A DNA stretch of 63,989 nucleotides, filler included, from Octopus bimaculoides (GCF_001194135.2; 5 parts of 5 records of this genome joined end to end with filler, not necessarily neighbours in it); one strand, 5' to 3'; shown: positions 49,026 to 62,907, counted from the first letter of the whole stretch. Numbers and translations are program-made. The notes: generated by a model from the letters alone, not told the origin.

Positions 49026-49072
<47 letters not shown>

Positions 49073-52000
49073 TACACAAAGTAAACAGATGCAAACAGTA
49101 CTCGAATACCAAAGATAGAGTAAAATACTATGGCTTCAGTAAAACAGAGTGCGTATGCAGCGTTCTAGCTTGTCTTCTCCGAAGGGCTGTGTAAATCTCC
49201 AATAAATTTTCCAACAAAGGCGAAAATAGAAGGTATGTCAAATCTCAAAGCACCTATGTCATCAATTGACCTGTTAATAAGAGAAACCAAATCACGATCA
49301 AATCACAAAATTAATGGGAGTGAGAGAGGATACACTGAACAGTATGATCCCTGGATATACAAAAAGACGAGACGGACACAGCTGAAACAATTTTGATCAA
49401 AAGGTAAATTTGATCCGATATGATCTGAGGTAAAACAATATCAACATAAATGACCAAAAAGAAAAGTAATAATATTAATAAAGACAGACTCGGAGGAAGC
49501 CTCTACATTGTGGCTCGACCTGCTAGAAATAGTAACCATCAAACCCCACTCAAATCACATCGTAGTGTCTTAATGAGTAGAAACACCGGATAATGTTAAT
49601 GTAATTTTTCAATACACGAAAAGACCGGAGGGTTGAAGAATCTCCAGCCCACCTCAAAGACAGACTTCAAGAAAAATTAGGGAGGGAGAGAGAGAGGGGG
49701 GACCTATGAAAATATAATACCAATTATTTATTTGGGGAAGGCTTTACAATTTTTTTTAAAGTCAGACAAAGAGGGAAAAGTTGTCTGGTGTATAATTGAC
49801 GTGGTCTGGTATATAATTGACGTGAAGAGCCGGCTAACATAGTATAAGGTATGTCTTATACATGTTATGTACAAAAGTGAGTTGAAAAACTTCATATCAG
49901 AGAACAAACAAAATCATTTCAATCGTGACAGCTACTCCGAAAGTCCGCCAAAAATTCCCTTAAGAGATATTTAAAATGTAAAAAAATCCAGCCATGGTAT
50001 AGAGGTAGGTAGACCAGAAGATTGGCCAAGAAAAGCCAAAATTTAAAAAAAAAAATGACGTTTGCAGATAAAATAATGAAGAGAAAAAAATATGCTTGAA
50101 CCACCACCACTATCATCATCATTATTATCAACAAGACAGTCAACCTCTGTTTCTCTTTCTCTGTCTGTCTCCTCTACCTTCCAAGTGACAATAATAACTA
50201 TGGTAGAACAGATCAATAACACTAATGGCAATTCCCTCCCTTCCTGCAAAGCAATTAAAACCGATTAAAAATTCGCAGCTATGAAACCATAGAGACAGAG
50301 AGGAAAAGAAAGACAGACAGAAAGAGGGGGAAAACATTGAAGTACGTACGTATGTGGTATATACAGTGTGTGAGAATGACTGGATAGATAGATAGATAGG
50401 ATAGACAGATAGATGGGGAGAAAAACGAGGGGAAGCGCCAAAGCTGTATTAGCGACGCCAGCGAAACCAAACCAAACCAGCTCTGTCAGGGGAATAGTTT
50501 CAAAAAAAAAAAACCTATGAAGTTCAGGTGGATGACATATATCCATCTATACGAAACATTTTTGAAATGGTTCCAGTCAAGAGGGTTTTGCTGACCATTT
50601 TGGGGTCATTGCCCATACATACACATAGTTCAATTCAAACAGTAATTTATGTTATGCCGATTCAGAAAATCCCTGGTTTCCTCGAATACTTTCTGTTTTA
50701 ATACAAAGATTTTTGAGAATAGATAATAAATAAGATATAATTTCACAATCCACGTGAAGAATGAGACAAAAAGACAATAAGAAGCACCAAGAGAAATGAA
50801 AGGCGTTATATTTCTTGGAAGTCGAGTCCAAATTCAGCCTTAATCAAAGCAGACCTATTATCGAAGGAATTCCAACCATGGCTATCCTGTCTTTCCGTAT
50901 ATCATGACCTACATTATCTCATATGAACTATGCTTAAAGACTGTAGGGTATAATTTTCTGAATATTTGACTGCTCTTTCTAGTAGGTCGATCGAATGCAC
51001 TTAGCTCCTTCGCGAGAAGGGAGTAATATGTGTGTGTGTGTGTGTGTGTGTGAAAGAGAGAGAGTGAGAGAAGGGATTAAGTTTGATACTTTTGAAGAAT
51101 ATGGATGTCTTGAGTAAATTTAAAATATGGTTTAATAGCAACACCATTCTAAAAAGATATTCTGTTAACCGCCACCTTCCAGGAACACGACGGCGACGAT
51201 TCCCTTTATACATTTATGCGAGTGCTTAGCGAACAATAAACAATTTGCACATATTTTCTTCAAATCAAAATGCATTTCCTTTTTCAATATTTCCTAGATG
51301 TAAACCAAATATAATAGTTACATGTGTGTGTGTGTGGCTGAACGTTTTCATTATTAATATTGATTTCAATTAGTGCTGTATGTTTTTGTACGACTGAAAA
51401 AACACAAAAACATTAACGAGCAAACCAACCCCTGTCCTCTTTAAAAAGCAATAGGGACAGTGGATTGTGTTGTTTTAACCCAGAGCAACCGTGTGAAAAT
51501 CATTCCGGACATGACTCTCCCATTAAGACGATGTATCTATTCTTTCTGTATTTAAGAATGCAAGTTGTGATTTGAAGAAGACTTCGTAGCTATTTCTAAA
51601 CTCCTACAGGCACCATCATTAGCTCGCATTGAATAAGAAATCCAGTCCTTATTAACTGTTTCAAAATAAGATGGTATGGTCACGACTGGAATGCCTTTCC
51701 ACGACAAATCCGCTTGACAGTAGCTGACCTCGGGTTATACAACATCTATATTTATATAATTACGTACAATAGGTGTGTATATTTTCTCTGCATGTGTAGC
51801 AGAGTTTTATGGGTGAGAATTAACGACCATTCATTCATTATGCTTAGCCCCCTTCTCCAAAGTAAGACATGACTTGTAAATTTATGGTTGAAAGCATTCC
51901 AGCCTTGACCATCCTGTATATGAGACATGTAATTTGCATGCATCTAATATGAACTTTCCAGGATTTGATTTTAGGAAATTTGGCTATTTCTAGCAGGTCG

Positions 52001-52156
52001 AGCGACCACGTAGGAAAGAGCTTCTTCATTTTCATTCCCTATGGCATATTTAATTAGCATAAAAATGGTGTTTTGTGTTTTTTCTTGGGAAATCAAAACG
52101 GGGTTACGAATGCGCTATAATGTGAGTATGTGTGTGTGAATGTATANNNNNNNNNN

Positions 52157-52199
<43 letters not shown>

Positions 52200-52848
52200 G
52201 TTATAAATATTTGTGTCGCTAGCTACAAATATTCAAACACTCAGCCCTGTAACAACCGTGGTGGTAGTAATAATGCTAAAACAAACTAGAAACTAAACTG
52301 TAGGAGAAAAGACGAGGGGGAAAAAAATTCCTATTTATTATGCTGCTATCCCTGTTTAAAAGACAAGACTTCAAAATACCAAACCGACCATACGGTATTA
52401 ACAAATTTCGCATGACATTTTACAGCCAAGCTTCGTCTCTTCGTCTTTCTTTTATTCAAAGACACACACACACATACAGACAGACAGGCCACTAAAAAGA
52501 AAAAATGTCTTAAACGGCCACTGCAGACAAATCTTGATATTTCCCCGTGATTCTTCCGGTTCTATATCTTCTCACAAAAGGAGGTTGAAGATACTCGTAG
52601 TGATGATGACGCTAATAGTAATAATAACCGCGATCATTTTCTTTATAAAATTTCACAGAGTGAAGAAAGAAATATGTATGTATATATATATATATACTCC
52701 GTTTGTTTCCACCCCCACTCTCTCTCTACACACACATTATACGTACATATACATATATACACACATACACGNNNNNNNNNNNNNNNNNNNNNNNNNNNNN
52801 NNNNNNNNNNNNNNNNNNNNNNNNNNNNNNNNNNNNNNNNNNNNNNNN

Positions 52849-52892
<44 letters not shown>

Positions 52893-54902
52893 CACATATA
52901 GGATGTAGATATTTTGTATACTATATATAGCTACATTTATAGGCAAGTCATCGTTGTTGTTATTTAGTGCCTGTCAGCCATGCTTTAGAATTGGGCACCG
53001 TAAGGCGGTCGTTGGTTTAGAAATAAAATAAATAAAACGATAAAGCCATTAGTGGGCTGGGAACCCATTCTCTCAGAAGCAACTGCTATAGCTGACCCTC
53101 CACTGACCACACTAAACAATGTAGGACAAGACAAGGCAGGCAGGGATGGCGATGAGCAGGTAGGTAAGGTTGAGAGGATAAGTACCAAGCGTGTGTGTCT
53201 GTGTGCACACATACATATATTATATGAGGAAAGGGAAGCGGCTTAGGTTCATTTTATTAATAAAAACAAGGCGGATTCTAACACAGGAGGGGACAGAGAG
53301 AGAGAAAGTTATATTATAAACAAGATCAGCAGCTTTATCTCCGAACGCACTATCATCAGCATCATTATGTTGATGTTTAAAGCGCCTAGGTGAGCCTTGA
53401 TGGAGCAGGCCTTTTTATTTTTATTTCGATCAAACGAGATTCAGCCATGACCAGTGTTCCACGGATTGGACTAACTACATCATCCTTCGTTATTGAACAC
53501 GCAGGGGGTATACTTTGAGATTTGGTTGCCATTTCTAGCAAGTTAAACAACCACAAAGATGCTCCCTCGTGCTTGATGTTGATGCTGAAAGAAGCTACTT
53601 GGCAAGGAATCTCATTTATTTGTTTTCTTCAGTTCCTTTATTACTTTTATATGCATTTATTATTTTCCTCGCGAAACTCCTTAGTAAAAGCATCTAAACA
53701 GCAGACAAACGTCTATTATTATTATTATTAGCGATGTATGAAGTGCATTCGATGTTTCTGGCATTGTTGTGGTGTTGGTGGTTGTTGCTGAACTCTGAGA
53801 TCAGAGTTGAACGAGCAGACTGATGACCAAAATCTTTCCAGCCTTGACCATCCCATATCCATTTCCTTATCTAAGGGGGAGAAAGGTGAGATTTGAGTAA
53901 GAGATATTTGGCTGTTATTTTCAGCAGAGGTTTTGCCGTTGACTCAATGCAATATTTTAGTACATGATCATAAACAAATAAGAGTTGTACTTCCTTCTTG
54001 TTATTGAACTACTATTTATATTTTTTTTTTGCCTCCTCCTAATTTTATTTTCCTCCAATGCAAGGCGAACTCTTTCTCTCTCGTGTGACAATGTTGTGTG
54101 TGTGTGAGAGAGAGAGAAATCTCTGAGTAACTGAATGAATGTGAGACATACAAACAAGGGATTTGTTTGCATGTGTGTGTGCGTGTGCGTGTGTGTGTTT
54201 GTAAAGATAAACAAGCTAAAGTGTGTAGAAGATATAGAGAAATGTGTAAAGTGGACTTATAAATAAATAAATATATACAGATAGATATGCACAAATTTAA
54301 GTGCACGTTTGTGTGTATGTATTAATTGATATCTACAAAATAAACGAATGAGCGCGTGTGCATATAAGACATAAATACGAAAATGTACACATAGAAATCA
54401 CATATATTAGAGGGGTGTGCAGCATTAAGATGTTCAAGTGTGATGTCCATTTCCGTATGGGAGCTGGTGTATATGAGAACTTGGTGATAAGAGTATATAA
54501 TGAGACAGGGAGAATTTGAATGGGGGGATAGAATGAATGTGTGCTTTACTAGCAAAATCATCCCCGCTACCAACAACAACCTAAAAACCGTGATGGTAGT
54601 TAAGATGGACAGTCCATTAGTGAATTATAAGAAATTGCGTTTATGGCAATGCTGGAGCACCAACAAGTATGTGTACATGGCGCGCACGCGCGTATGTATA
54701 TGTATTGGCAGATAAATGAGTAGACGGAGAGTGAGATTTGAAGGCAGACACAGCAATCGCCAGTGGTATTGATAAACAGATAGACAAGACAGATGGATAA
54801 ATAGATACATATATATATAAACAGATACACAGAATAAACTGGTTGACTGCCATAAAGAAAATATGTTTTAGAAATGAAGAAAAATACAAAACAAATACTA
54901 AC

Positions 54903-55144
54903 CTTGCCTGAGCTTCATCCAGACTTTGGTCGGTTATGGTCATAATTTGTTGTAAAATATCGCTGATTTCCTGTTTTCGTTGTTCCTGATGGTCATCGGG
55001 GCCTCCACCACCACCGCCTCCACCGCCACCACCTCCTCCGGCCCCTGGCGGCATGTAGCCGTGTTGCGGCGGCATCCCCGCCGACATACTCACGGGACCT
55101 CCTCCAGCTTGCTGGGGATGCATCAGTCTTTGTTGATCGTCCAT
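54903..55144 (-). CDS. PBX: PBX/extradenticle TALE homeobox gene, coding exon 1 (start of the PBC-A domain)
   Basis: Strong Kozak context ACCATGG. Encodes [35 protein letters not shown](G13)[32 protein letters not shown](R); [22 protein letters not shown] is the PBX/Exd PBC signature. Donor GCA AG|gttagt is phase 2, which as I recall is the position of vertebrate PBX1 intron 1. Confidence 0.96.
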
Positions 55145-56549
55145 GGTATTGGCGATGATGTAGTTGGCGAGAATGGTAGCAGCAGTGGTGACGATGGCGG
55201 TGGCAGCGGCGATGGTTATGGGCAACAGTGATAGTAATGGTAGTGGTGGTGGTGGTGGTGGTTGCGATGGCGATAGCAATAGCTAAAGTAGCGGTGATAG
55301 TATTGCTTGTATTAGTAGTGGCGCTGGTATTAGTGGTGGTGGTGGTGGTGGTGCTGGCNNNNNNNNNNNNNNNNNNNNNNNNNNNNNNNNNNNNNNNNNN
55401 NNNNNNNNNNNNNNNNNNNNNNNNNNNNNNNNNNNNNNNNNNNNNNNNNNNNNNNNNNNNNNNNNNNNNNNNNNNNNNNNNNNNNNNNNNNNNNNNNNNN
55501 NNNNNNNNNNNNNNNNNNNNNNNNNNNNNNNNNNNNNNNNNNNNNNNNNNNNNNNNNNNNNNNNNNNNNNNNNNNNNNNNNNNNNNNNNNNNNNNNNNNN
55601 NNNNNNNNNNNNNNNNNNNNNNNNNNNNNNNNNNNNNNNNNNNNNNNNNNNNNNNNNNNNNNNNNNNNNNNNNNNNNNNNNNNNNNNNNNNNNNNNNNNN
55701 NNNNNNNNNNNNNNNNNNNNNNNNNNNNNNNNNNNNNNNNNNNNNNNNNNNNNNNNNNNNNCTAGGAACGGAAAGTGGATTCGATTGATAGGGAAGGAAA
55801 GAGAGAGGGTAATGCAGAAGAAACGAAGAAAAGTAAGAGTAGATTAAAGGGGGAAAAGTATGAGGAAGGGCAAGTGAGGCGCACACATCTACACACTACT
55901 AGATGTGAACATCACTGCATAGACACATATACACATACACACACACCACACATACACACGCTAGAGCAGTTCGCTTGAACAGCAACGGTAGTAGTGTGGT
56001 GAGTAGCTGGTAGAGGTAAACCAGCGAGATGGTAGCAAAGCAATAGTCGTGGTAGTTCAACTGGCGGCGAGGCTTCTGCTTGACTGCTGCGGCCACATAC
56101 AAGTGTGCCACGTCCCACACGCACAGCTACACGAACAATATTTATTTCTCTTTTTATTTCTTTCTTTCTTCTTATTATTATTATTAGTTTCAAGTTTTAA
56201 AACAAAAGCGAAAATTGCTTTTAATTAATCTAACTTAACAGATACACACACGAAAAAAAAAAAAACAATACCTAAAATTACTCAGAAACAATAGAATTTA
56301 GAGAGATCAGCAAACTGAAGTATAAACACAAACGTGTATGTAAATGGTGTTTTTTTTTTTAAAGTGGGGGTATAACTTTTATATATATTCTCTCCTTAAT
56401 ACTTATAAATTAATGCTCAGAAAAAGGATAATTCTAAACTAAGATATCACATGCACTAAAAAAAGCCACTCTATCGCCACATTGGTATCTAAAAAATATT
56501 GATAAAATGAATCACAAACATAACAATCGCCTTTTTTTTTTTTAGGTTG

Positions 56550-56640
56550 TATCTTTTACGTCACCCATTCTTAATTGGCCACCACAACTCATTAAAACAA
56601 AAAAAAAACAGATCAATTAATTAAACAAAAATATCGTTGC
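56550..56640 (-). promoter_or_regulatory. Candidate PBX proximal promoter elements
   Basis: About 1.4 kb upstream of the PBX ATG: CCAAT on - (56574-56578), CRE-like TGACGTAA on - (56556-56563) and TAATTA homeodomain-type sites. Motif evidence only. Confidence 0.25.
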
Positions 56641-57145
56641 TTCTTCCTTTGGTGTTGTTTTGTAATCCTTGGTTGGTTGATTTCCTCCGAAAGCTTTTTT
56701 TTTCTTTTTAAAATTGCATGTGTTGTGTGTAAGCAGCATATGATGGTATACAACGCATATATGCATATATATTATATATATATTTAATATCTACACACGT
56801 ATATCAAAAAGCTTGACTGTGTGTGTGTATAATAAACATATATATATATACATGAGTAAAGATATAAATTTAAATAAACATATATATGTATAATATATAT
56901 ATATTAATTATATGTACACATATATATGCATGTATATATTCATACACACATACGTGTATGTAATAGCATTCCTCTTGGTTCGCTTTTTTTTTTAATGGAA
57001 TGATTAATTAGTGGTTTGTTTTGTGGTTAAATCCAAAGTATAAGCAAGATTTCGAGCAATTTTCACGCTTCTCTTTAGCTCCTTTCCGTTTCATTTCCTG
57101 TAGTATAAGAATCGAGTAAACGTAAATCCGATGGCGCTTTTATGA

Positions 57146-57469
<324 letters not shown>

Positions 57470-59324
57470 TAAGAAATGGCTTTCACGCATGTATTTATAT
57501 ATGTATGTGTTATGTACATATCAATATGTATATTGTAATATTGAAACAGTGTGGATATATATGTATATATATTATATAAATATATCCTTCTTTTCTGCGC
57601 GGTTTCTCGTTTCGAATATGAAGTGAGATATTAGCAGCTTCCAGCCGGCTTGGCTACATGCTTTTACAATACACCAAGCAAAGCATATGTATACATGTAT
57701 ACGAAGCTGCTACACGTTTTAATGTGTGCGTGAGGGACATATAGTGTGTCTGTGTGCAGAGGAGCACCTTGTGTATAATAAGACGAATGTAGAGGCTATA
57801 TGCTCACTAGAACACTGCCGTGTAGTTTTAGCTGGCTGTGTGTATGCGTGAAACTGTGGGCATTTGTAACTTGCTCGGTAAAGCGAGCACTCGCTTTCTT
57901 TCTCTTCACAAGATCTGGATACACACACAAACATACACACAGGCTCACAGAGCTTCTAAACATGTGTAGCGTGTAAGTTTAAGTATCCATGTAAACATTT
58001 GTACCGTTACACCAATGTACCCAGTCTGCGCACATGGCTATGTGTGTGAGAGTGTGTATAAGTGCGTGTGTGTCGATCGACAGAGTGTGCGTGGACTGAG
58101 TGCCTGTCTGTCTGTATGTATGTAAATGCACGTCGGTGTCTGTGTGTGCATGTATTAGGGTGTGTGTGTGTGAGCAAGAGAGTGGTTACATGTTCCTGCG
58201 TATACTTGGTTAAAGAACATGTAGTATTAGTAATAGTAGTAACAGTAACAGCAATAATAGTGGTAGTAACAGCAGAAGCAGTACTGCTCTAAGGAGCAGC
58301 TTAGTCCACCAAGCAGCAGCAGCAGCAGTAGTATCCACAAGAGTAGCAGTGGCAGTTGTTACAAAAAGAAAGGAAGCAATTATCCTTCAGGGTTGCTGTG
58401 TAGGTGTGTGTGCGTGTGTTAGAGCGCGTGAGCGAGTCTGTCCTTCTCTCTAATGATGTTACTGGTTGTGCTTCGTCGTTGTATTAACAGCATTATTGCT
58501 GCTGCTGCCACTACTGCTACTGGAGGTGGTTTTACTGGTACCGGTGTTAACCGTATTGTAGAGTCTTAAATATTAGTTATAATAAAATTAATATCAACTA
58601 CAGGGCTTAAATTTTAGGCCAGTTTATTTATTTATTTATTTATTTATAGTAAGAAACCTCTGAATTTGTGAAGTTTCGTCTTTCTCCGGAACAGTCACCA
58701 AATCGTCAGAGAAAGAGAAGAACAACCAGCTCGAGATTCGAAACCAAGCTTTTTATACACTCCTAAGGGAACGTCTGCACAAGCCTCCTATCTATTAGAA
58801 ATAGCAGTCAAATCTGCTTCAGCTCTCACACTGGCGTATTTAAAAAGAGGGGGCTCGCTGGATAATGTAATTCTTGATATATATAAGGATAATCACAGCT
58901 AGAACGCTTTCCGTTGTAGGTCTGACTGACTACCTAGGGCTAAACAACTTCCTTCGCTAGAACTTAGCGTCACACTAAGATGCTCGGTAGCTTTCGTTGA
59001 TGAGACAGAAGGTCCAAGGATTGAAAGATTGAGGAAATAAGAAGTAGAAGACGGAGGAAATATGCGAAATAAAGAACTGTTTCAACAGAAATTGAAACTG
59101 AATGGGAAACTCGATTTAGCGGGAGATTATATCTTGTTTTTAGGTATGTCAAATAATGGTTTTATTAGGCGAAAGGTTTACAAATTTACGAAATATGAGA
59201 GTGTGATTCTATGACGTCTATGCCTTTCATCAGAGCAACTGCCGAACTGAAGGCATCTTTATAAAGGCACTAAGCATTGGTAGCGCTCGACTAAATGCTT
59301 TAATCTATTTATTGTATATTAGTA

Positions 59325-59690
59325 ACATACCCCTACGTTCCGAGTTCAAATCTCACCGGAGTTGAGTTTATTCCTTTATTGACTCCAAATATTCTAAAAT
59401 AAGTACCAGTCACATACTATCGATCGATCAAACGATTACAGCCTTCCCGCCTACAAAATTTGATAGTGCGCCTTGCTGAAAAAAAAAAAAAATCAATAAT
59501 TTATGGCGCGAATTAGAGCTGTGGATTGCTAAGATAGAATTGGTAGAGAGTTGGATAAAATACTTAGCAGTAATTAGTTATGACTCATTACGTTCTGAGT
59601 TCAAATCCTGACACGATCCAGTTTCCCTTTCATTCTTCTGGAGGCGATAAAAAATAACTACCAGTCGATTTTAATCAACTACTGGCGTCC
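59325..59690 (+). mobile_element. Two degenerate SINE family A copies
   Basis: acgttccgagttcaaatctc...aaataagtaccagtc and acgttctgagttcaaatcc...ccctttcattcttc...cgataaaa. Confidence 0.6.
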
Positions 59691-60508
59691 CCTACGCTGC
59701 AGAAGCGTTACATTCCTGAAAATCGTGGAAGTCTGTAAGAAAATAGATATCGTGTTATGGCAAGCTTTTCAAGAACTCAATGCTTCCGTAATGCGGAATA
59801 TATTTGTGAACCGTTTCCGAAATTGTAAAGCATCATGTTTGTGCTAGACATCAAAAAATTACTAGTGGAAATGCAGTATTGACAGAAACCATAAAGGGTT
59901 AGACCTTAACCATAACATCATTTAGGGCCGCCCGCCAGCGTTCCGAGCTCAAATACCACTGAGGTCGACAGTTTATTGTGACTGGTCGATTTGAAACAAA
60001 TTCCAGTAATACTTGAAGGCTGATTCCGTATTCTATGTTCATCTCATTTAAAACGAGTCAACGAGGGACTCCGCGCACAGTCATTCGATAACCTAGAAAC
60101 GGCGACTAAATCTCCCTCAAACCACATCCTAGTGGGTTCATTAAATAATGTAATCAATCATATACATGCTTTTTCTCTGAAAAAAAAAAGATGAGACAGG
60201 ATCACCACCACCGGAAAAAAAAAAACTTTGATCAACGATAATTCTGTTTGATCAGTGTGATACGTTTTGTAACAAGGCCGAGCCTTTGGATTAATACAGG
60301 TATAATCCAGCCAATAGGTTTCCGCAAGATTTCTGTCAACCCAATTTTGCTAAGGCCTGCGCAGACCCGTGTAAAATACATTTATCCAAGATGTAGCACG
60401 ATGGGATCGAAATAGGATCTCATTATTATGAAGCGAATTTCTTAACGATTCAGTTATGCCTGCATTTTCAAGTGTCTGGTGAAGTTTTGTGGAATCCAAC
60501 CCCTAACC

Positions 60509-60674
60509 CAATTGTTCCCAACCTTTTCACAGTGGTTCCCAATCCTTTTATTTATATGAGTTTTCTCACGGACCCCTTTTATATGCTTATCCTTATATGT
60601 GTGTGTGTGAAATTTTGAATTTAGCTCACGGACCCCCAGTACTACCTTTGCGGACCCGAGGTTGGGGACCACTG
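60509..60674. mobile_element. hAT (Buster/Charlie-type) MITE, 166 bp, with perfect 8-bp TSD
   Basis: TSD ccctaacc at 60501-60508 and 60675-60682 (nnnTAnnn). TIRs are caattgttcccaacc and cagtggttcccaatc on the left, and ggttggggaccactg on the right. Confidence 0.85.
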
Positions 60675-60880
60675 CCCTAACCTATTCAGGCGATCGCAAC
60701 TAGATTATTGTTTAGCGGACACTACTTCTCAGTTGCTAGATTTAAGCTTCTGTTTAGAAAATACATCAGGTTACCAGCACCTGGTGTCTTTCTACAATGT
60801 TCAAAATGAGATTCACAACAGAAAACTATTCCCCCTACATCTGGGATGACGCTGCTTCTACAACAGCAACAACAATAATA

Positions 60881-61294
60881 ATGATTTCAGGTTTTGGCAC
60901 AAGACCAGTAATATTTGGAGAGAACGTAAGTCGCTTACATGAACCCCAGTGACCAACTGGCACTATTTTATCGATCCCGAAAGGATGAAAGTCAAAATCG
61001 ACCTCGGCTGAAAAGCGTAAAGGAGGACGAAATGCTAACGATTCTGTGGTTTGCCTCCTTAACAACAACAACAATAATAATCTTTTCTACTGAAGGCACA
61101 AGGCCTGAAATTTGTGGGGAGGGGACCAGTCATTACATCAACTCCAGTGCTCAACTAGTACTTATGTTATCGACCCTGAAAGGATGAAAGGCAAAGTCGA
61201 CCTCGGCGGAATTAGAACTCAGAATGCAAAGACATACAAAATGCCGCTAAGCACCTCGCCCGGCACGCTAACGTTTCTGCCAGCTCGCCACCTT
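60881..61294 (-). mobile_element. Two tandem SINE family A copies
   Basis: Copies at 60881-61060 and 61081-61294, each with core gaaaggatgaaag and a tRNA-like head. Confidence 0.88.
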
Positions 61295-61295
61295 G

Positions 61296-61367
<72 letters not shown>
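61295..61367. repeat. (AAT)n microsatellite, one of dozens of (TA)n, (CA)n, (TACA)n, (TATC)n and (GA)n tracts across the window
   Basis: Directly visible. Most N gaps are flanked by such tracts. Confidence 0.98.
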
Positions 61368-61467
61368 NNNNNNNNNNNNNNNNNNNNNNNNNNNNNNNNN
61401 NNNNNNNNNNNTTAATTAATTAANNNNNNNNNNNNNNNNNNNNNNNNNNNNNNNNNNNNNNNNNNNN
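61368..61467. other. Artificial assembly linker
   Basis: 44 N + TTAATTAATTAA (61412-61423) + 44 N. Confidence 0.95.
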
Positions 61468-61598
61468 TCTCCCTCTTTCTTTCTCACACTACCCTCTCTC
61501 TCCCCCCTCCCCCCTCTCTCTATCTATCTATCTAACTATCTTTCTATATCTCTCTCCCCCTTTCTTTCTCACTCTCTCCCCTGCTCTTTCTCTCTTTC

Positions 61599-61629
<31 letters not shown>

Positions 61630-62095
61630 CTCTCTGTCTCTCTCTCTCTCTATCTCTCTCTCTCTCTCTCTTTCTCTCTCGCTGTTTCTCGATCTCTTTC
61701 TCACCCGTTCGCTTTATCTCTGTTAAACTTTGCAAAACGCATGTGTAGGTGTGTGTGTGGGTGTGTATACACGCACAACACACATACATATATACCTACA
61801 TATGTATATGTATCATATATATATGCATGTTTTATACACACACACACAAACACACATACATCCATGCACATAAATATATATGCATATGTATATATGTGTT
61901 TATAGATATATGTCTATATGTATTGTGTATGTGTATTATATACAGGATGTCCACAAAGTCTGGCTACATGGGGATTAACACATACTTTAAGAAATTATTA
62001 TTTCTTATATTTAATTGTTTATGCTATGATATTATTTACTCCATGTACCCAGACCCTGTATAATTCACACACACATTTACACTTAGATATGAATT

Positions 62096-62130
<35 letters not shown>

Positions 62131-62245
62131 TACATGTATGCCTATGTATGTATATAAATAAATATGGGTGCATGTATATAATACACTAACACACGTGTGA
62201 GTGTCTGTGTATATAGAAATATATACGCGTGCGCATTCGTGTGTA

Positions 62246-62287
<42 letters not shown>

Positions 62288-62578
62288 NNNNNNNNNNGTA
62301 TGTATGTATGTATATGTATGCCTGTCCGTGTGTCTGTTATAGTTGTCGATTCCTTGGTTGTTTTATTATTGTTGTACTGTTTCAAAAGGGCAGACAATTC
62401 ATCATTCTAGATTCCTCCAACCATTCCCCATCTCTTACCCTTCCCTTTTACCCCTCTCGTCCACTGTTTCCGGTCTGTGATCTGTTGCTGTGTTATAGTT
62501 TGCGTAAAACAGACTCATGGATGGGGGGGGTTCAGAGAAATCCACCCCACCCCTCTCTCTCTTTCTCTCTCACTCTTT

Positions 62579-62617
<39 letters not shown>

Positions 62618-62719
62618 ATCTTTCTATATATCTCTCCCTCTTTCTTTCTCACACTACCCTCTCTCTCCCCCCTCCCCCCTCTCTCTATCTATCTATCTAA
62701 CTATCTTTCTATATCTCTC

Positions 62720-62819
62720 NNNNNNNNNNNNNNNNNNNNNNNNNNNNNNNNNNNNNNNNNNNNTTAATTAATTAANNNNNNNNNNNNNNNNNNNNNNNNN
62801 NNNNNNNNNNNNNNNNNNN
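62720..62819. other. Artificial assembly linker
   Basis: 44 N + TTAATTAATTAA (62764-62775) + 44 N. Confidence 0.95.
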
Positions 62820-62872
62820 CATATATATATATATATATATTGGTGTGTGTGTGTGTATATATATGTATATTG

Positions 62873-62907
<35 letters not shown>

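Noticed and set aside
26833-55144. PBX-GPX linkage as a relic of the proto-MHC paralogon
   Set aside because: The MHC-linked vertebrate peroxidases are GPX5/6, a different clade from this GPX7/8-type gene, and I cannot support the synteny from the sequence.
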